The notes beneath the pieces were generated by a model. That model ran no database searches, was not told where the DNA came from, and saw nothing but the letters and a program-made list of their open reading frames with translations. Positions 49,783-60,323 of a DNA stretch of 64,000 bases are shown piece by piece. How positions within the stretch are numbered: position 1 is the first letter of the stretch; each line of letters begins with the position of its first letter. This DNA is from Methanobacteriota archaeon (lineage in GTDB: Archaea; Halobacteriota; Bog-38; Methanoflorentales; Methanoflorentaceae). Position numbers and translations under genes: made by a program. The stretch lies in NCBI GenBank assembly GCA_963719035.1, contig CAVRAO010000002.1, forward strand, positions 512,001 through 576,000, in the 5' to 3' direction.

Positions 49783-50001
49783 TTAAGGCGAGATATACAC
49801 GACGTTGTCGCCGCGAACGACGATGGTGCCAAACTTCTTGATTGCCTCGCCGCCTTTGAGCTCTTCGGCCTTATCAAGAACAAGATTTAGATGAACGTCA
49901 TATCCCTGAAGCTCCCCTCTAAAGTCTCTACCCCCTTTGAGCCTCACGATTACGGGCGTTTCCAAGGATTCATTCAAGATGTCAAGCGGCCTCTGACTCA
50001 A
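49783..50001 (-). CDS. Sm-like archaeal protein (Lsm/SmAP1)
   Basis: RPLD.L, G.L.GYD.HLNLVL and [11 protein letters not shown] motifs. Confidence 0.95.
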   Translation of the reverse strand: MSQRPLDILNESLETPVIVRLKGGRDFRGELQGYDVHLNLVLDKAEELKGGEAIKKFGTIVVRGDNVVYISP

Positions 50002-50078
50002 TGCACACCTCTTACAAGTAGTTCTTCCCTGATAACATACTTAAGTTTATCTTTGAACCTTGAATAAGATTCGTATAC

Positions 50079-50555
50079 ATGACGACGAAAAAACGGCATT
50101 TCATGAAGGCAGATACGGCGCAGCGCGTTGTAGCTATGCTGAGCACATACGAAACTGAGAACGCGCTCAAGGGCAAGCTCGAAGTGCTCGAAACGTCTGA
50201 TCATACGCTTATTCTTCTAAACGGAGTGCCAGTAGCCCTCTGCATCGACAAAATGCCCTTTTTCACTGTACGAGGAGCGATTGAACTCAACCCGCAACGG
50301 AACCTTGTCACCGTTGATATGGGCGCTGTGCGGTTCATACGAAACGGAGCGGATGTGATGAGCCCTGGCATCGTCGATGCCGACGAAAGCATAACGCCAG
50401 GTGATTTCGTTGTCATTATTGACGAGAGGCACAAAAAACCACTTGGCATCGGAACGGCGCTTATAACTGGTATTGAGATGGTTCACGAAACAAAGGGCAA
50501 AGCTGTGCGGATCGTGCACCACGTAGGCGATAAAATTTGGCACGTTTCGCTATAA
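50079..50555 (+). CDS. PUA-domain RNA-binding protein (MCT-1/Tma20-like)
   Basis: VTVDMGAVRFI.NGADVM.PGI and GKAV...H.VGD.IW motifs. Confidence 0.9.
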   Translation: MTTKKRHFMKADTAQRVVAMLSTYETENALKGKLEVLETSDHTLILLNGVPVALCIDKMPFFTVRGAIELNPQRNLVTVDMGAVRFIRNGADVMSPGIVDADESITPGDFVVIIDERHKKPLGIGTALITGIEMVHETKGKAVRIVHHVGDKIWHVSL

Positions 50556-50721
50556 TCGCACTTGTAAAAAGATGACGCAATGCCTTCATTAACAAAGAAG
50601 CGAGCATCGCCCCAATAATGACAGCGCTACGTGCCGCTTCAATCTACATGACCAAAGCACGAAAACTATAAGATGCCCATTGCGTAATAGATTAAGAGTC
50701 GATTGTAGGTGAGAGTTCCAA

Positions 50722-51102
50722 ATGGCGCAAAAAAGTTTGATTGATAGAATTTTTGGAAGCCGTCCGCATGCTGAACCTGATGAATATCTGGAGCTGGATC
50801 TCGGCGAGTATGAAGAAGTAGTCGAAGAAGAGCCCGCAGGAACGTTTGTCAAGGTCGCAGAGTTAATTAACGTCAGCAGTCTCACATCGCTGAAAGACGA
50901 GGTTTACAAAGGCAATATCGTTATCATTGACATAGCTCACATAAAGCAGGACCGCGTCACCCTTGATAGAGTAGTCAAGGAACTACGACAAGTTGCAACG
51001 GACATTCATGGAGATATTGCCGGACTCGGAGAAGATCAGATTGTTGTGACCCCGATGTCGATAAAGATAGACCGCAAAAAGCTCGGGGCAAGCGCTTACT
51101 AA
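50722..51102 (+). CDS. sepF: Cell division protein SepF
   Basis: VY.GNIVIIDI and GDIAGLG..QIVVTP..I.IDR motifs. Confidence 0.9.
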   Translation: MAQKSLIDRIFGSRPHAEPDEYLELDLGEYEEVVEEEPAGTFVKVAELINVSSLTSLKDEVYKGNIVIIDIAHIKQDRVTLDRVVKELRQVATDIHGDIAGLGEDQIVVTPMSIKIDRKKLGASAY

Positions 51103-51141
51103 TATTGCAAGTTCGCCCAATACCAAGCACATTTTTTTGTC

Positions 51142-51723
51142 ATGACGCACAAAGCAGCCATCGACAGTACGTGCCCTCTATGCGCAGACGTTCTCACCTT
51201 CAAGTTCAACACTGATGACATTCCTTTTTTTGGCGAAATCATGCTCGTGAGCGCGAATTGTTCGTGTGGCTTCAAGTACGCTGATACGATAACACTCAAT
51301 GAGCGCGAACCTGCTCGATATCAAATAGAATTCGATAGCAGTGACTTCACAACGCGAGTAATCAGATCCTCATCAGGCACCGTTCAGATTCCAGAAATTG
51401 GCGTAATCATTGAACCGGGTTCGGCTTCTGAAGCATTTGTTTCCAATGTCGAGGGAGTCCTCTGCAGAGTAGAAGAGGTGATCGCCATGGCTACGAAATG
51501 GTCGTCGAATGATCCGCGAAAAACAGAGCTGGGAAATCAACTCCTTGAAATGATCGACGCGGTACGAAAGGGCAAAAGCACAATGACCCTCGTGATCGAC
51601 GATCCATTTGGCAACAGTGCAATTATTTCGCCGCGAGCGCAGCGCCGAACACTCTCAGAAAGCGAAGCATGCACGCTTAAAACCGGGATATTGACTGTCG
51701 ACGTTTCCGAGAAAGTCAGCTAG
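51142..51723 (+). CDS. ZPR1-related zinc-finger protein
   Basis: CP.C...IPFFGE...C.CG, VIRS, NVEGVL and DDPFGNS motifs. Confidence 0.92.
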   Translation: MTHKAAIDSTCPLCADVLTFKFNTDDIPFFGEIMLVSANCSCGFKYADTITLNEREPARYQIEFDSSDFTTRVIRSSSGTVQIPEIGVIIEPGSASEAFVSNVEGVLCRVEEVIAMATKWSSNDPRKTELGNQLLEMIDAVRKGKSTMTLVIDDPFGNSAIISPRAQRRTLSESEACTLKTGILTVDVSEKVS

Positions 51724-52017
51724 ATGCACCGCCTCAAAGCATAAGCTGCGACGTTCGAAGATCGTGCTCGTTTAGGCTGTGAACTGAGGATAAATTTAAG
51801 CGCAGATAACGTTGTCGCCGTTGTGAGGTTAGTTTTTTGCCTTTTTGCGGTCTTTTGCCGTTCAAATGTTGAGAGAAGGCAGTCTTTTAAGGACTGATTC
51901 GCCGTCGCATAGAAATTTAATTGAAGTCACCAGTTCTGTCAGAACAGATACACTAGAAGGCTTACCAAACTTAGATATATAATTATTTCTTGTATTTCGA
52001 AGCACTGAGGCAAAACA

Positions 52018-52602
52018 ATGCTAAAAACGGTAGAAAATCTTGCAAAAGCCTTTGCGGGCGAAAGTATGGCGCGAAATATGTACATATCCTTCGCAAAAAT
52101 AGCTAAAAAAGAGGGATTTGAACAGATCGCAGCGGCGTTGCAGTTAACGGCCGATAATGAACGAGAGCACGCGAGTTGGACTTCCAAACTTATCAACGCG
52201 CTTAACGCAGGCACAACTGAAAAACTTGATGAAATAAAAATCGACGCCACCGTTTCGACATCGCTGGGCAACACCGCAGCGAATCTCAAAGCAGCGATCA
52301 AGGGTGAGCTTCACGAAGCTACGACGATGTATCCAGAATTCGCTGACGTGGCCGACAGCGAAGGATTGCCCGAGGTTGCTAAGAGGCTACGGGCTATTGG
52401 TGTTGCTGAAGCGCACCACGCAGACAATTACGAGAAAATGCTCGCCCAGGTTGAAGCGGGTACCTTTTTCAAGAAAGACCGGGAGGTTGAGTGGGTCTGC
52501 AGAGAATGCGGTTACGTGCACTTCGGCGAAGAACCTCCAGAGAAGTGTCCCGCTTGCGATCACGACCGAGCTTATTACCAGATTAAGTGCGAAGAGTACT
52601 AG
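52018..52602 (+). CDS. rbr: Rubrerythrin
   Basis: AFAGES.AR..Y, NE.EHA, E..E...MYP.FA and W.C..CGY.H....P..CP.C motifs. Confidence 0.94.
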   Translation: MLKTVENLAKAFAGESMARNMYISFAKIAKKEGFEQIAAALQLTADNEREHASWTSKLINALNAGTTEKLDEIKIDATVSTSLGNTAANLKAAIKGELHEATTMYPEFADVADSEGLPEVAKRLRAIGVAEAHHADNYEKMLAQVEAGTFFKKDREVEWVCRECGYVHFGEEPPEKCPACDHDRAYYQIKCEEY

Positions 52603-52654
52603 CTGAGCGAAAATCTGAGAGATGCAGGCCTCGTATGCTATTGTGCTCGATGTG

Positions 52655-53701
52655 CTAGCTGTCCTGCAATTTGAAGCGCAAAAGCGCGGCGATGCCTCCA
52701 AGCTTCTCTAATCGCTTGCCCGGCTCGAATTCGGTGCTAAAAACGACGACGTGGCCGTTCGAACTGTTCACGGCAGTCAACAGTTCGTCGACGGCCACGC
52801 CTTTTTCTCGCTCATTGCGCAATGTCTCATCAGCAATAAGCAGCGTAGCGATGGCCCCCCACTCATGCGCTTTGACGACCTCGCCCTTGCCATAGGCAGC
52901 TTTGCCGCCAACAGCAATCTCTCTAAGTAGTTCGTCGATCAAGCGCGCCTCACGCACGAGGTGTGCGTCCTTAATGAGCCGGTCCACAGCACCACGTCGA
53001 AGCGCCTCTTGAAAGCCAGAAATACCAACTGAGGTCGTATTCTCAACGACTATCCGGTCTGGGAAATCCTTGTCCTTCTGCGTTGCGAACCGAACGAAAT
53101 CGTCCTTAATAAATCCGGGACCAGCGATAACGTATTCTTCCGCACCCACGTGGGCCAACTGCTCATATATTTGCGCAAAAAAATCAACCTGTGAAGTCTC
53201 GTCTAGCTTGCCTGCTCTTTGCGTGATGTTCGCAACTTCCTCAACACCATACTGCCGGAGCACACCAATCTGTGCTTCACCTGATTCTACAGTGACAAGT
53301 GCGATTTCGGGGCGATTTGATTCCTCGATCGCTTTGGCAATACGATCAAGCTGATCGCGCCTCCACTGCTTTATGATCGAGACGTCGCGCAACGGTTCGA
53401 CGCTCAACGTATGATGCGACCCAACGTCTTGGCCTGACTCGATGGTCCCGCTGATTCGTAGGCGGTTGGCAAACCGATGAAATTCTACAGAATCGACGCG
53501 AATCCCAAGCCGCATCGGCTTTCGCTCTAACTTCTCCGGCCGCAATTTGTCAGTTGCACTCTCAACTTTGCGAAAGGTCAATGCAAAAACAAGATCGCCC
53601 TTTTCGATGAGGTGTTTTAGATGCCACAGGTCATCTATTGATTCGGGCAGGAGGGTTATCTTCCCTTCAAGCCTTATCAAAGATCTCTTCAAAAGGCGCA
53701 T
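52655..53701 (-). CDS. pelA: Pelota / Dom34 ribosome rescue factor
   Basis: DDLWHL, RLRISG, HHTL, AGPGF.K and LGGIAALLRF motifs. Confidence 0.95.
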   Translation of the reverse strand: MRLLKRSLIRLEGKITLLPESIDDLWHLKHLIEKGDLVFALTFRKVESATDKLRPEKLERKPMRLGIRVDSVEFHRFANRLRISGTIESGQDVGSHHTLSVEPLRDVSIIKQWRRDQLDRIAKAIEESNRPEIALVTVESGEAQIGVLRQYGVEEVANITQRAGKLDETSQVDFFAQIYEQLAHVGAEEYVIAGPGFIKDDFVRFATQKDKDFPDRIVVENTTSVGISGFQEALRRGAVDRLIKDAHLVREARLIDELLREIAVGGKAAYGKGEVVKAHEWGAIATLLIADETLRNEREKGVAVDELLTAVNSSNGHVVVFSTEFEPGKRLEKLGGIAALLRFKLQDS

Positions 53702-53963
53702 AGCGACCGCCTGCTCCGGCCTTGATGCCTCAGTTTCTTGCGGGCCGACCGGATATTCGTAAGTGAGAACTTGTTAAAAGAATCGCGCTCCACACATGAC
53801 CGCTTCGTCAACGATGCTATTTATACATTGATTTTAAGCACTTGTCATTCGCGTGAACGCGGACCTAAATTGCAAGGAAAAAAAATGCTCGTTCAGGCAA
53901 TTACGCCTTGTCAGAGTGAAGCAGACCCAAAGGATTTAAATCAATCTCTTTATACGTCAGATT

Positions 53964-54251
53964 ATGATAGAAGACAGAAATTACGCAGAAGAGGAGGTCG
54001 CAGAAGACTTGCTAGATCTCATTAAGGAGTACGAGGCGGAGATCAAGAAGCTCAAGGAACGTGAGAAAGCCCTGCTTAAGTCACTCCAAGCTAGCCTTGG
54101 CGACGATCCCGCAGCGCAAATTGAGGAGTATGTACGAGTCAAGATTGATCGGTCGCTGCGCCTTTTCGAGCTCGATCTACGAACCCGCTACACCGATGAA
54201 GAAGCGGCTACATCAAAAGAAGTTGATCGGATATTCAAAGAGTACGCTTAG
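53964..54251 (+). CDS. Hypothetical coiled-coil protein
   Basis: Acidic helical 95-aa ORF after an AT-rich promoter-like stretch. Confidence 0.6.
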   Translation: MIEDRNYAEEEVAEDLLDLIKEYEAEIKKLKEREKALLKSLQASLGDDPAAQIEEYVRVKIDRSLRLFELDLRTRYTDEEAATSKEVDRIFKEYA

Positions 54252-54387
54252 GTTGCTTCGTACAGTCAATTGAACACTTGCAGATACAGGTCTGCAAAGG
54301 GCGAAAAAGTGAATCGAACGCCAAAACGCCTATTTTATATAATAGTATTTAGCTCTCCACTATTACAGCCAGCAGCGGTAGGTAGCA

Positions 54388-55317
54388 ATGAACGTGATAG
54401 AAGTCCTTGAACTGACAAAGCGCTATAAGAAAGGCGTCGTTGCTGTTGATAATGCGAGCTTCACAGTGGAACAAGGCGCTGCTTTTGGCCTTCTAGGGCC
54501 GATCGGCTCCGGGAAATCGAGCGTTATCCACATGTTGCTCAACTTCACTAAACCTACTGCTGGAACGATCAGGATATTCGATCGCGAAATCGCTACGCAG
54601 TTTCACGAGGTGCAAAGTAAAATCGGCTACGTTCCCGAGCGCCCCGGCTTTTATGGCAACTTCTCCGCTGAAAAGAATCTCAGAATTTTTGCCAACCTTT
54701 CCGGCGTACATGAAGAGCGCGATGAAAGAATCTCGAAACTGTTTATTTTGGCAGGTCTGGAGGGCAAAGAAACCGACCACGTGCAAACGTATTCGCTCGG
54801 GGACCGAAAGCGACTTGGCATTGCCGCAGCGATGCTGAATGAGCCTGAGTTGCTTATCCTCGATGAACCAAGCGCGGGACTTGACCCGCAGGGCAGGCGC
54901 GACGTAATGGCACTCATTCATGAACTCAACGTCCACGACGTTACCCTCTTTCTCGCCACAAATAACGTCAGATCCATCGCTGAAATATGTGACGTAGTAG
55001 CAATAATGAAATCCGGCCGCGTTGCAGCGCCAATTACGACAAAGAGCTTCATAGAGAACGTTAGAGGGACTAGTCTACATCTCGAAGCTGACCTCGTCAA
55101 CATGAACGAACGAGTCCTACAGGCCATTAAGTCGGTAAAAGGTGTTAAGTCAATCGAGTGCGATCAGCTCAAGATCAGCATCGATTACCGACCAGGCATA
55201 AACGAGGACGTGAACTACGTAATCACGCGAGCAGGGGGCCGATTGCGCTCATTGCGCGAGGCACCATCGCTCGAAGAGGCGTACGTGCGAATGATGGGGG
55301 AAGAAGACGTTGAGTGA
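54388..55317 (+). CDS. ABC transporter ATP-binding protein
   Basis: GPIGSGKS, YSLGDRKR and ILDEPS motifs. Confidence 0.92.
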   Translation: MNVIEVLELTKRYKKGVVAVDNASFTVEQGAAFGLLGPIGSGKSSVIHMLLNFTKPTAGTIRIFDREIATQFHEVQSKIGYVPERPGFYGNFSAEKNLRIFANLSGVHEERDERISKLFILAGLEGKETDHVQTYSLGDRKRLGIAAAMLNEPELLILDEPSAGLDPQGRRDVMALIHELNVHDVTLFLATNNVRSIAEICDVVAIMKSGRVAAPITTKSFIENVRGTSLHLEADLVNMNERVLQAIKSVKGVKSIECDQLKISIDYRPGINEDVNYVITRAGGRLRSLREAPSLEEAYVRMMGEEDVE

Positions 55318-56191
55318 GTTTTCAGAGGCTACTTACGCGTTTTTGACGATCGCGCAAAAGGAGTTCCAGTCCGCTATAAGAACGAAGCGCTTTCTCATCT
55401 TCGGCACTATATTCGTGCTGCTTGCACTCATCGGCGCGTATTATGGGAATACCGATCTCACTCGATCAATTTCGCCAACAAGCGGGGCCCCCAACCCAAC
55501 AACGCAGCCGATAAACTACGTGATTAGCGTCGCGTTTTCGTATAGTCAGGTCCTCTTAAGTATTCTCGCGCTTGCGTTGTCATATGACGCGCTCACCCGT
55601 GAGCGGTCCGAAAGAACGCTCGTGCAGCTCCTCATGCGACCTATACGGCGTAGCACGATATTCTTTGGCAAGTTCGTCGCGTATCTTGCCGCTGCGGGCG
55701 GCTTGTTCGTTGCTACGACACTCGTTCTGTACGTTGGCCTGTCTCTCATCACACGAAAATTCCCAAGTTCGGGCGACATCGACTACCTGTTCCTCTCGAT
55801 GGGTGTGATGCTGCTGTATGTCATGTCGTTTATCGCAATCGGACTTCTAATCTCAAGTCTGACGCGCACGAGCCTCGACTCGTTGCTCGGCGCGGTCTTT
55901 GTTTGGATCCTTCTGTTGATCTTCACTTACGCCGGCCTTGCACTCGGTTTAAGCGCCATACACATGAGCGCTACAGCAGAGATCCCCTACACGGCGTTTC
56001 CCGGATACGCAAAAACACTGATCTGGATCAATCCCGGCAGCCACAACGTTGCTATACAATCCCTTGCTGGAGACTTCTCAAAACTCACTTCAGGTCTGAG
56101 TTACACAGCAAACGTTATTTTACTTGTCGTTTCGATCGCCGTCCCGCTTTTGCCGGCTTATTACTTTTTCAAGCGGTCTGACGCAGTCTAA
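55310..56191 (+). CDS. ABC-2 type permease
   Basis: IA.KEF and ER...TL..LL.RP..R..IF.GK motifs, multiple TMs. Confidence 0.88.
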   Translation: MSEFSEATYAFLTIAQKEFQSAIRTKRFLIFGTIFVLLALIGAYYGNTDLTRSISPTSGAPNPTTQPINYVISVAFSYSQVLLSILALALSYDALTRERSERTLVQLLMRPIRRSTIFFGKFVAYLAAAGGLFVATTLVLYVGLSLITRKFPSSGDIDYLFLSMGVMLLYVMSFIAIGLLISSLTRTSLDSLLGAVFVWILLLIFTYAGLALGLSAIHMSATAEIPYTAFPGYAKTLIWINPGSHNVAIQSLAGDFSKLTSGLSYTANVILLVVSIAVPLLPAYYFFKRSDAV

Positions 56192-56350
56192 ACGTCAAAC
56201 CTTAAAATGCAGTTCTTTCCGAGTTATCTCATCGTACTATTCAAGCCTAATTTGCGCTTTACATCAAGATCGAACATTATTTATAAGATCAATCGACAAT
56301 ATTGGTTACACGTAAGGAAGACAAACATCACGAAGAGGTGCCAAACTTAG

Positions 56351-57014
56351 ATGAAGAAGAAAATTGGCTTATTAGCGATAATTGGATTACTAGTTTCATT
56401 CATGGCATTTTCAGGTGTCGCATCGGCCCAAACAAGTAACGTTACAAGTGGTATTTGTTCACGTCAGCAGATGTGCAGCGACTGCCAGCATAGTTAAGCC
56501 TCGTGTTCGAAGCGCTGCAGCACAATACGGTGATAGCACTGATCTATTCATGACGTGACACGCTGGAGAGGGCAAAGGTATTGCGACGAGCAAATGGCGT
56601 TTCCGGAACGCCCACAATAATCATCTCAGGGGCTCAATCGGCTAGGTTAACAGGTGACGTAATTCACAGCACAGATTGACAGCTGCTATAAAAGCGGCTA
56701 TAGGCACGGCAACACCAACACCAGTAGCAAAACCAGTAGTAAAACCAAGCTAGTAGCTGGTAAAACCACACCTGTAGCAACAGCAAAACCAGTGGCGGTA
56801 AAACCAAGCTGCAGTGCGGTAAAAGCAAGCTGTAGTGGTAAAACAAGCTGTAGCAGCCACACCAAAAGCAACTGCACAGCCGACCATTGAGGTCGTTACA
56901 GCAACTCAAACTCCAACCACTTCAACGCAAACAGTCCCAGAGTTCTCACTGCTCGGACTCGGTGCTCCAGCGTTACTAATAGGCGCAATATACTTATTCC
57001 TGAGAAGACGATAG
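56351..57014 (+). pseudogene. Frameshifted secreted surface protein with low-complexity K/P/V/A repeats and PEF-CTERM-like tail
   Basis: GAGGTG RBS and signal peptide MKKKIGLLAIIGLLVSFMAFSGVASA. Ends VPEFSLLGLGAPALLIGAIYLFLRRR. Multiple indels/stops in between. Confidence 0.72.
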
Positions 57015-57015
57015 C

Positions 57016-57047
57016 AGAGGGTTATTCACTTAACCCCCTCTTTTTTT
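57016..57047 (+). terminator. Hairpin plus poly-T terminator
   Basis: agagggtta-ttcact-taaccccctc-ttttttt directly after the stop. Confidence 0.65.
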
Positions 57048-57220
57048 ATTAATAGAGCTAGTTGACTTGAGCGAAAGTTTTGTTCTGACCAAGAAATTTT
57101 TTTTGGCTCAATTTACTCCAGTGGAAACACTGAAGCTAAAAGAGAAGCTATTTATATTGCGTTCAAGAGAGTGCGACAAGAATACCAATAGCGCCCCTAC
57201 GGGGCACAGGAGGTAATATT

Positions 57221-57535
57221 TTGGAACCGAGGCAAAAGGTGATGGCTATCCTGATAGGGGCTGCTATCATTACGCTATCTATTCAGGTGGCGACAGCATC
57301 AACAGATTGCCCCGAGTGTAAGGTCGTCTACTACGACGACGTAATGACGGTTAATAACGGTGCTTCCGCACCGCAAGATGCAACTAATGTCGGACCGCTC
57401 TCGCTCCTAGACCCTTCAACAGCGTTTACGAGCCCGAGCCAAGTGAACATCGCAGACACAGGTACTGAAGCTGTTGTAAATGTCCAAGCGGGCGTGTTTC
57501 CCGCTTCCCCTTCTTTTGTCGCGAATAAGAATTGA
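57221..57535 (+). CDS. Small secreted protein
   Basis: AGGAGGT RBS, TTG start, signal peptide, CPEC. Confidence 0.6.
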   Translation: MEPRQKVMAILIGAAIITLSIQVATASTDCPECKVVYYDDVMTVNNGASAPQDATNVGPLSLLDPSTAFTSPSQVNIADTGTEAVVNVQAGVFPASPSFVANKN

Positions 57536-57579
57536 AAGGTAGCGACAAGCATAAAAACATAGCAATGGTAACACTACCT

Positions 57580-58653
57580 ATGAAACGCGAGGTCGCTCTC
57601 ACGGCAATCGTGTCAATGCTTCTTATGTTTGCGATCATACCTTCTTTTGCTTCCTCATTGAGCTCATTTAGCGAACAAAATGCTCCCGATTTTCATCTTG
57701 CAGATCTGTCAAACACCCAACATTCGCTAAGCGATTATCAAGGAAGTATCGTTGTGCTTGACTTTTTTAGCGTTGAGTGCAGCGACTGTCAGGTTAGTGC
57801 CAAAAACGTCTTAGTGCCCCTCTCTAACAATATCTATAACAACAGCAGCAGCGGCGATGTCAAAGTTCAATTTCTAAGCATTGAGACAACCGGCGCTTCT
57901 GCCGACACAATTAACTCCACGTATGTAAACTCCACAGGTATCACGTGGCCTATCTTAACCGGGGGAGACAACCTCAAAAATTCGTACAGTTCGAACGGCA
58001 TGCCAACCGTATATGTCATTGATCCAGCAGGAAAAATCGTTCTTTCAATGGCCCACCCGCTGGACATCGAAACGTTAAAAGCTGTGATAGACAACCTTTT
58101 AGAGGTTAATGCGCACGCGACACCGACCCCAACTAATCCGTCTGCCATCCCAACTGCTACACCGTCGACGTCGCCAACGCCTATACCAACTCCTCCCGAA
58201 ACCATTCTAAACGCTCACACGTCTGACACCTCCAAAGCAAAACAGTCGAGTGACACTGCAGCAGCAAGTCCATTAGCGCCCAGCAAATCAGTAGTGTCGG
58301 CATCAACAACCTCAGACACACAAGAAAATGGCTCCTCCACAGGGCTCGAAAATTGCTCTGTGCCGCTCACACAACAGGCGAGTCTTTCCACTACATCACA
58401 GAAATGCCTTCTGTACTCGTCGTCACTGCTATCGCCGATAGTGCCTTCCACAGTTTTAGCACAAGCAACTGCTATGTCAGCGGAAGCATCTGCATTATCC
58501 CAGAATGCAATACCAACAATAACCTTGCCAGCTGACACAAACAGCACCGCAAGCTTGCCCTTACAGTCCGTATACGAGTTCTCCCTTCTTGGATTGGGAG
58601 CTCCGACACTGCTAATCGGGGTCTTGTACCTGCTGCTAAGAAGAGTGAAATAG
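57580..58653 (+). CDS. Secreted TlpA/redoxin-domain protein with S/T/P-rich stalk and PEF-CTERM-like anchor
   Basis: APDF.L.D...SLSDYQG..VVLDFF..CSDC and PT.YVID..G motifs. Tail VYEFSLLGLGAPTLLIGVLYLLLRRVK. Start may be 57565. Confidence 0.82.
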   Translation: MKREVALTAIVSMLLMFAIIPSFASSLSSFSEQNAPDFHLADLSNTQHSLSDYQGSIVVLDFFSVECSDCQVSAKNVLVPLSNNIYNNSSSGDVKVQFLSIETTGASADTINSTYVNSTGITWPILTGGDNLKNSYSSNGMPTVYVIDPAGKIVLSMAHPLDIETLKAVIDNLLEVNAHATPTPTNPSAIPTATPSTSPTPIPTPPETILNAHTSDTSKAKQSSDTAAASPLAPSKSVVSASTTSDTQENGSSTGLENCSVPLTQQASLSTTSQKCLLYSSSLLSPIVPSTVLAQATAMSAEASALSQNAIPTITLPADTNSTASLPLQSVYEFSLLGLGAPTLLIGVLYLLLRRVK

Positions 58654-58849
58654 ACGTTATCTTGGAGCTGGAGTTCTTTCACTCTGCCCACCGCTCATAG
58701 CACGACTCTTGTCGCGAAAGCTTTTAAAGCAGTGATGTTTGGCGTTATCTCAAACTGCCCCCAATCGTTTTTATGGCTCTTCGTGGAGCCGCCCCGTGAC
58801 ACGCGAATGCGACGAAAAGGCTTTCTTAGATCAAGTCTAATGGGGATCG

Positions 58850-59842
58850 ATGATCAGAGTTGGTATAATCGGCGGATCTGGCTACACAGGCGGAGAATTG
58901 CTGAGATTACTCGTTCAGCATCCCGAAGCCGACGTCACAATAGTCACTTCGCGAGCCCTCGACGGAACCCAAGTTGCTGACGTTCACCGCTATCTGAAAG
59001 GGTTTTACGACCTGCGGTTTGTAAACGCTGACTCGAAATTAGTTGCAAAAGCAGCAGATGTTGTCTTTCTCGCCGTTCCACACGGCGCCGCTATGGGACT
59101 TGTACCTGATCTCATTGGTAAGGTCCGCATAATCGATCTCAGCGCTGATTATCGACTTGGCCAACGTTACGAGTCGGTGTACGGCCCCCATACCGATCCT
59201 AGGGACGCCGTCTATGGTCTGCCTGAGCTGCACCCTGAAGTAGCGCACGCGAACTTGTGTGCCAACCCCGGATGCTATCCGACAGGAGCCATCTTGGCAG
59301 CAGCGCCTCTGGTCAAAGCAGGATTCGCAGATCACATCGTGTTTGACTCAAAGTCCGGCATTTCAGGCGCTGGGGCTGCTCCGACTGCGACGTCGCACTA
59401 CCCTAACTTAGCTGAGAACGTTGTACCGTACCAACTGACGAATCACCGGCACAAAGCCGAAATCGTGCAGGAGCTTGCGCAACTGGGAGCCGGAACCGTG
59501 AACTTTACCCCTCACGTTATTCCGTCGATACGGGGTATCCTAACGACCGCACATATCTTCACGAACGAAGATGTAGATGGTGACCGGGTTCGATCACTCT
59601 ACGAAAATTTTTACGCCGACCGTCCCTTTATTCGGTTCAACGTGCCCTCACTCGGATCGGTCAGAGGCACCAATTTCTGTGACCTCTTCATTGAACGGGA
59701 CGTCGCTTCGAACCGCGTCGTTGTTGTCTCTGCCATCGACAACATGGTGAAGGGCGCATCAGGCCAAGCTATTCAGAACATGAATCTTATGTTCGGCCTC
59801 GATGAAACAACGGGGCTCTGGACTCCTGCCCTATCGCTTTGA
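58850..59842 (+). CDS. argC: N-acetyl-gamma-glutamyl-phosphate reductase
   Basis: GGSGYTGGELLR, ANPGCYPT, SGISGAG and DN.VKGASGQA.QN motifs. Confidence 0.96.
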   Translation: MIRVGIIGGSGYTGGELLRLLVQHPEADVTIVTSRALDGTQVADVHRYLKGFYDLRFVNADSKLVAKAADVVFLAVPHGAAMGLVPDLIGKVRIIDLSADYRLGQRYESVYGPHTDPRDAVYGLPELHPEVAHANLCANPGCYPTGAILAAAPLVKAGFADHIVFDSKSGISGAGAAPTATSHYPNLAENVVPYQLTNHRHKAEIVQELAQLGAGTVNFTPHVIPSIRGILTTAHIFTNEDVDGDRVRSLYENFYADRPFIRFNVPSLGSVRGTNFCDLFIERDVASNRVVVVSAIDNMVKGASGQAIQNMNLMFGLDETTGLWTPALSL

Positions 59843-59849
59843 GGTAGCA

Positions 59850-60323
59850 ATGAAAGTTATAGATGTCATGAATCCAAACGTCATTACGGTGACGCCCGAA
59901 ACGACAGTGCGCGAGTGTGTTAAGCTGCTACGGGAGAACAGCGTAAGCGGTGTACCAGTTGTGGCTGACGGTGATCTTGTCGGCATTGTAACGGAAAACG
60001 ATATACTATCCTTACTTGAAATTCCCGAACACACCGGCTACTGGCTGCCTAGCCCGCTCGAGATCATCGAGGTTCCGGTGCGCGAAATAATTGAGCGCCT
60101 GGAACTGAGAGACTCTATGACTGAAGATGTCGGCGACTGGAAGGTGAATCGCGTCATGACGAAGCCTGTTCACACGATCAGCGTTGACGCTGATATCGAA
60201 GCTGCCACCGAGCACATGACAAGACACAAGATCAATCGACTTCCCGTCGTTGACAAAGACGGCAAATTGATCGGAATCGTCACGCGCGGCGATATAATAA
60301 AAGGGATTGCTGAGGGCAGTTAA
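59850..60323 (+). CDS. CBS-domain protein
   Basis: Tandem CBS repeats (SGVPVV..LVGIVT; NRLPVVD..GIVTR.D), with GAGGT RBS. Confidence 0.92.
   Translation: MKVIDVMNPNVITVTPETTVRECVKLLRENSVSGVPVVADGDLVGIVTENDILSLLEIPEHTGYWLPSPLEIIEVPVREIIERLELRDSMTEDVGDWKVNRVMTKPVHTISVDADIEAATEHMTRHKINRLPVVDKDGKLIGIVTRGDIIKGIAEGS

Noticed and set aside
49614-49841. 75-aa plus-strand ORF
   Set aside because: Antisense to rpl37e and lsm
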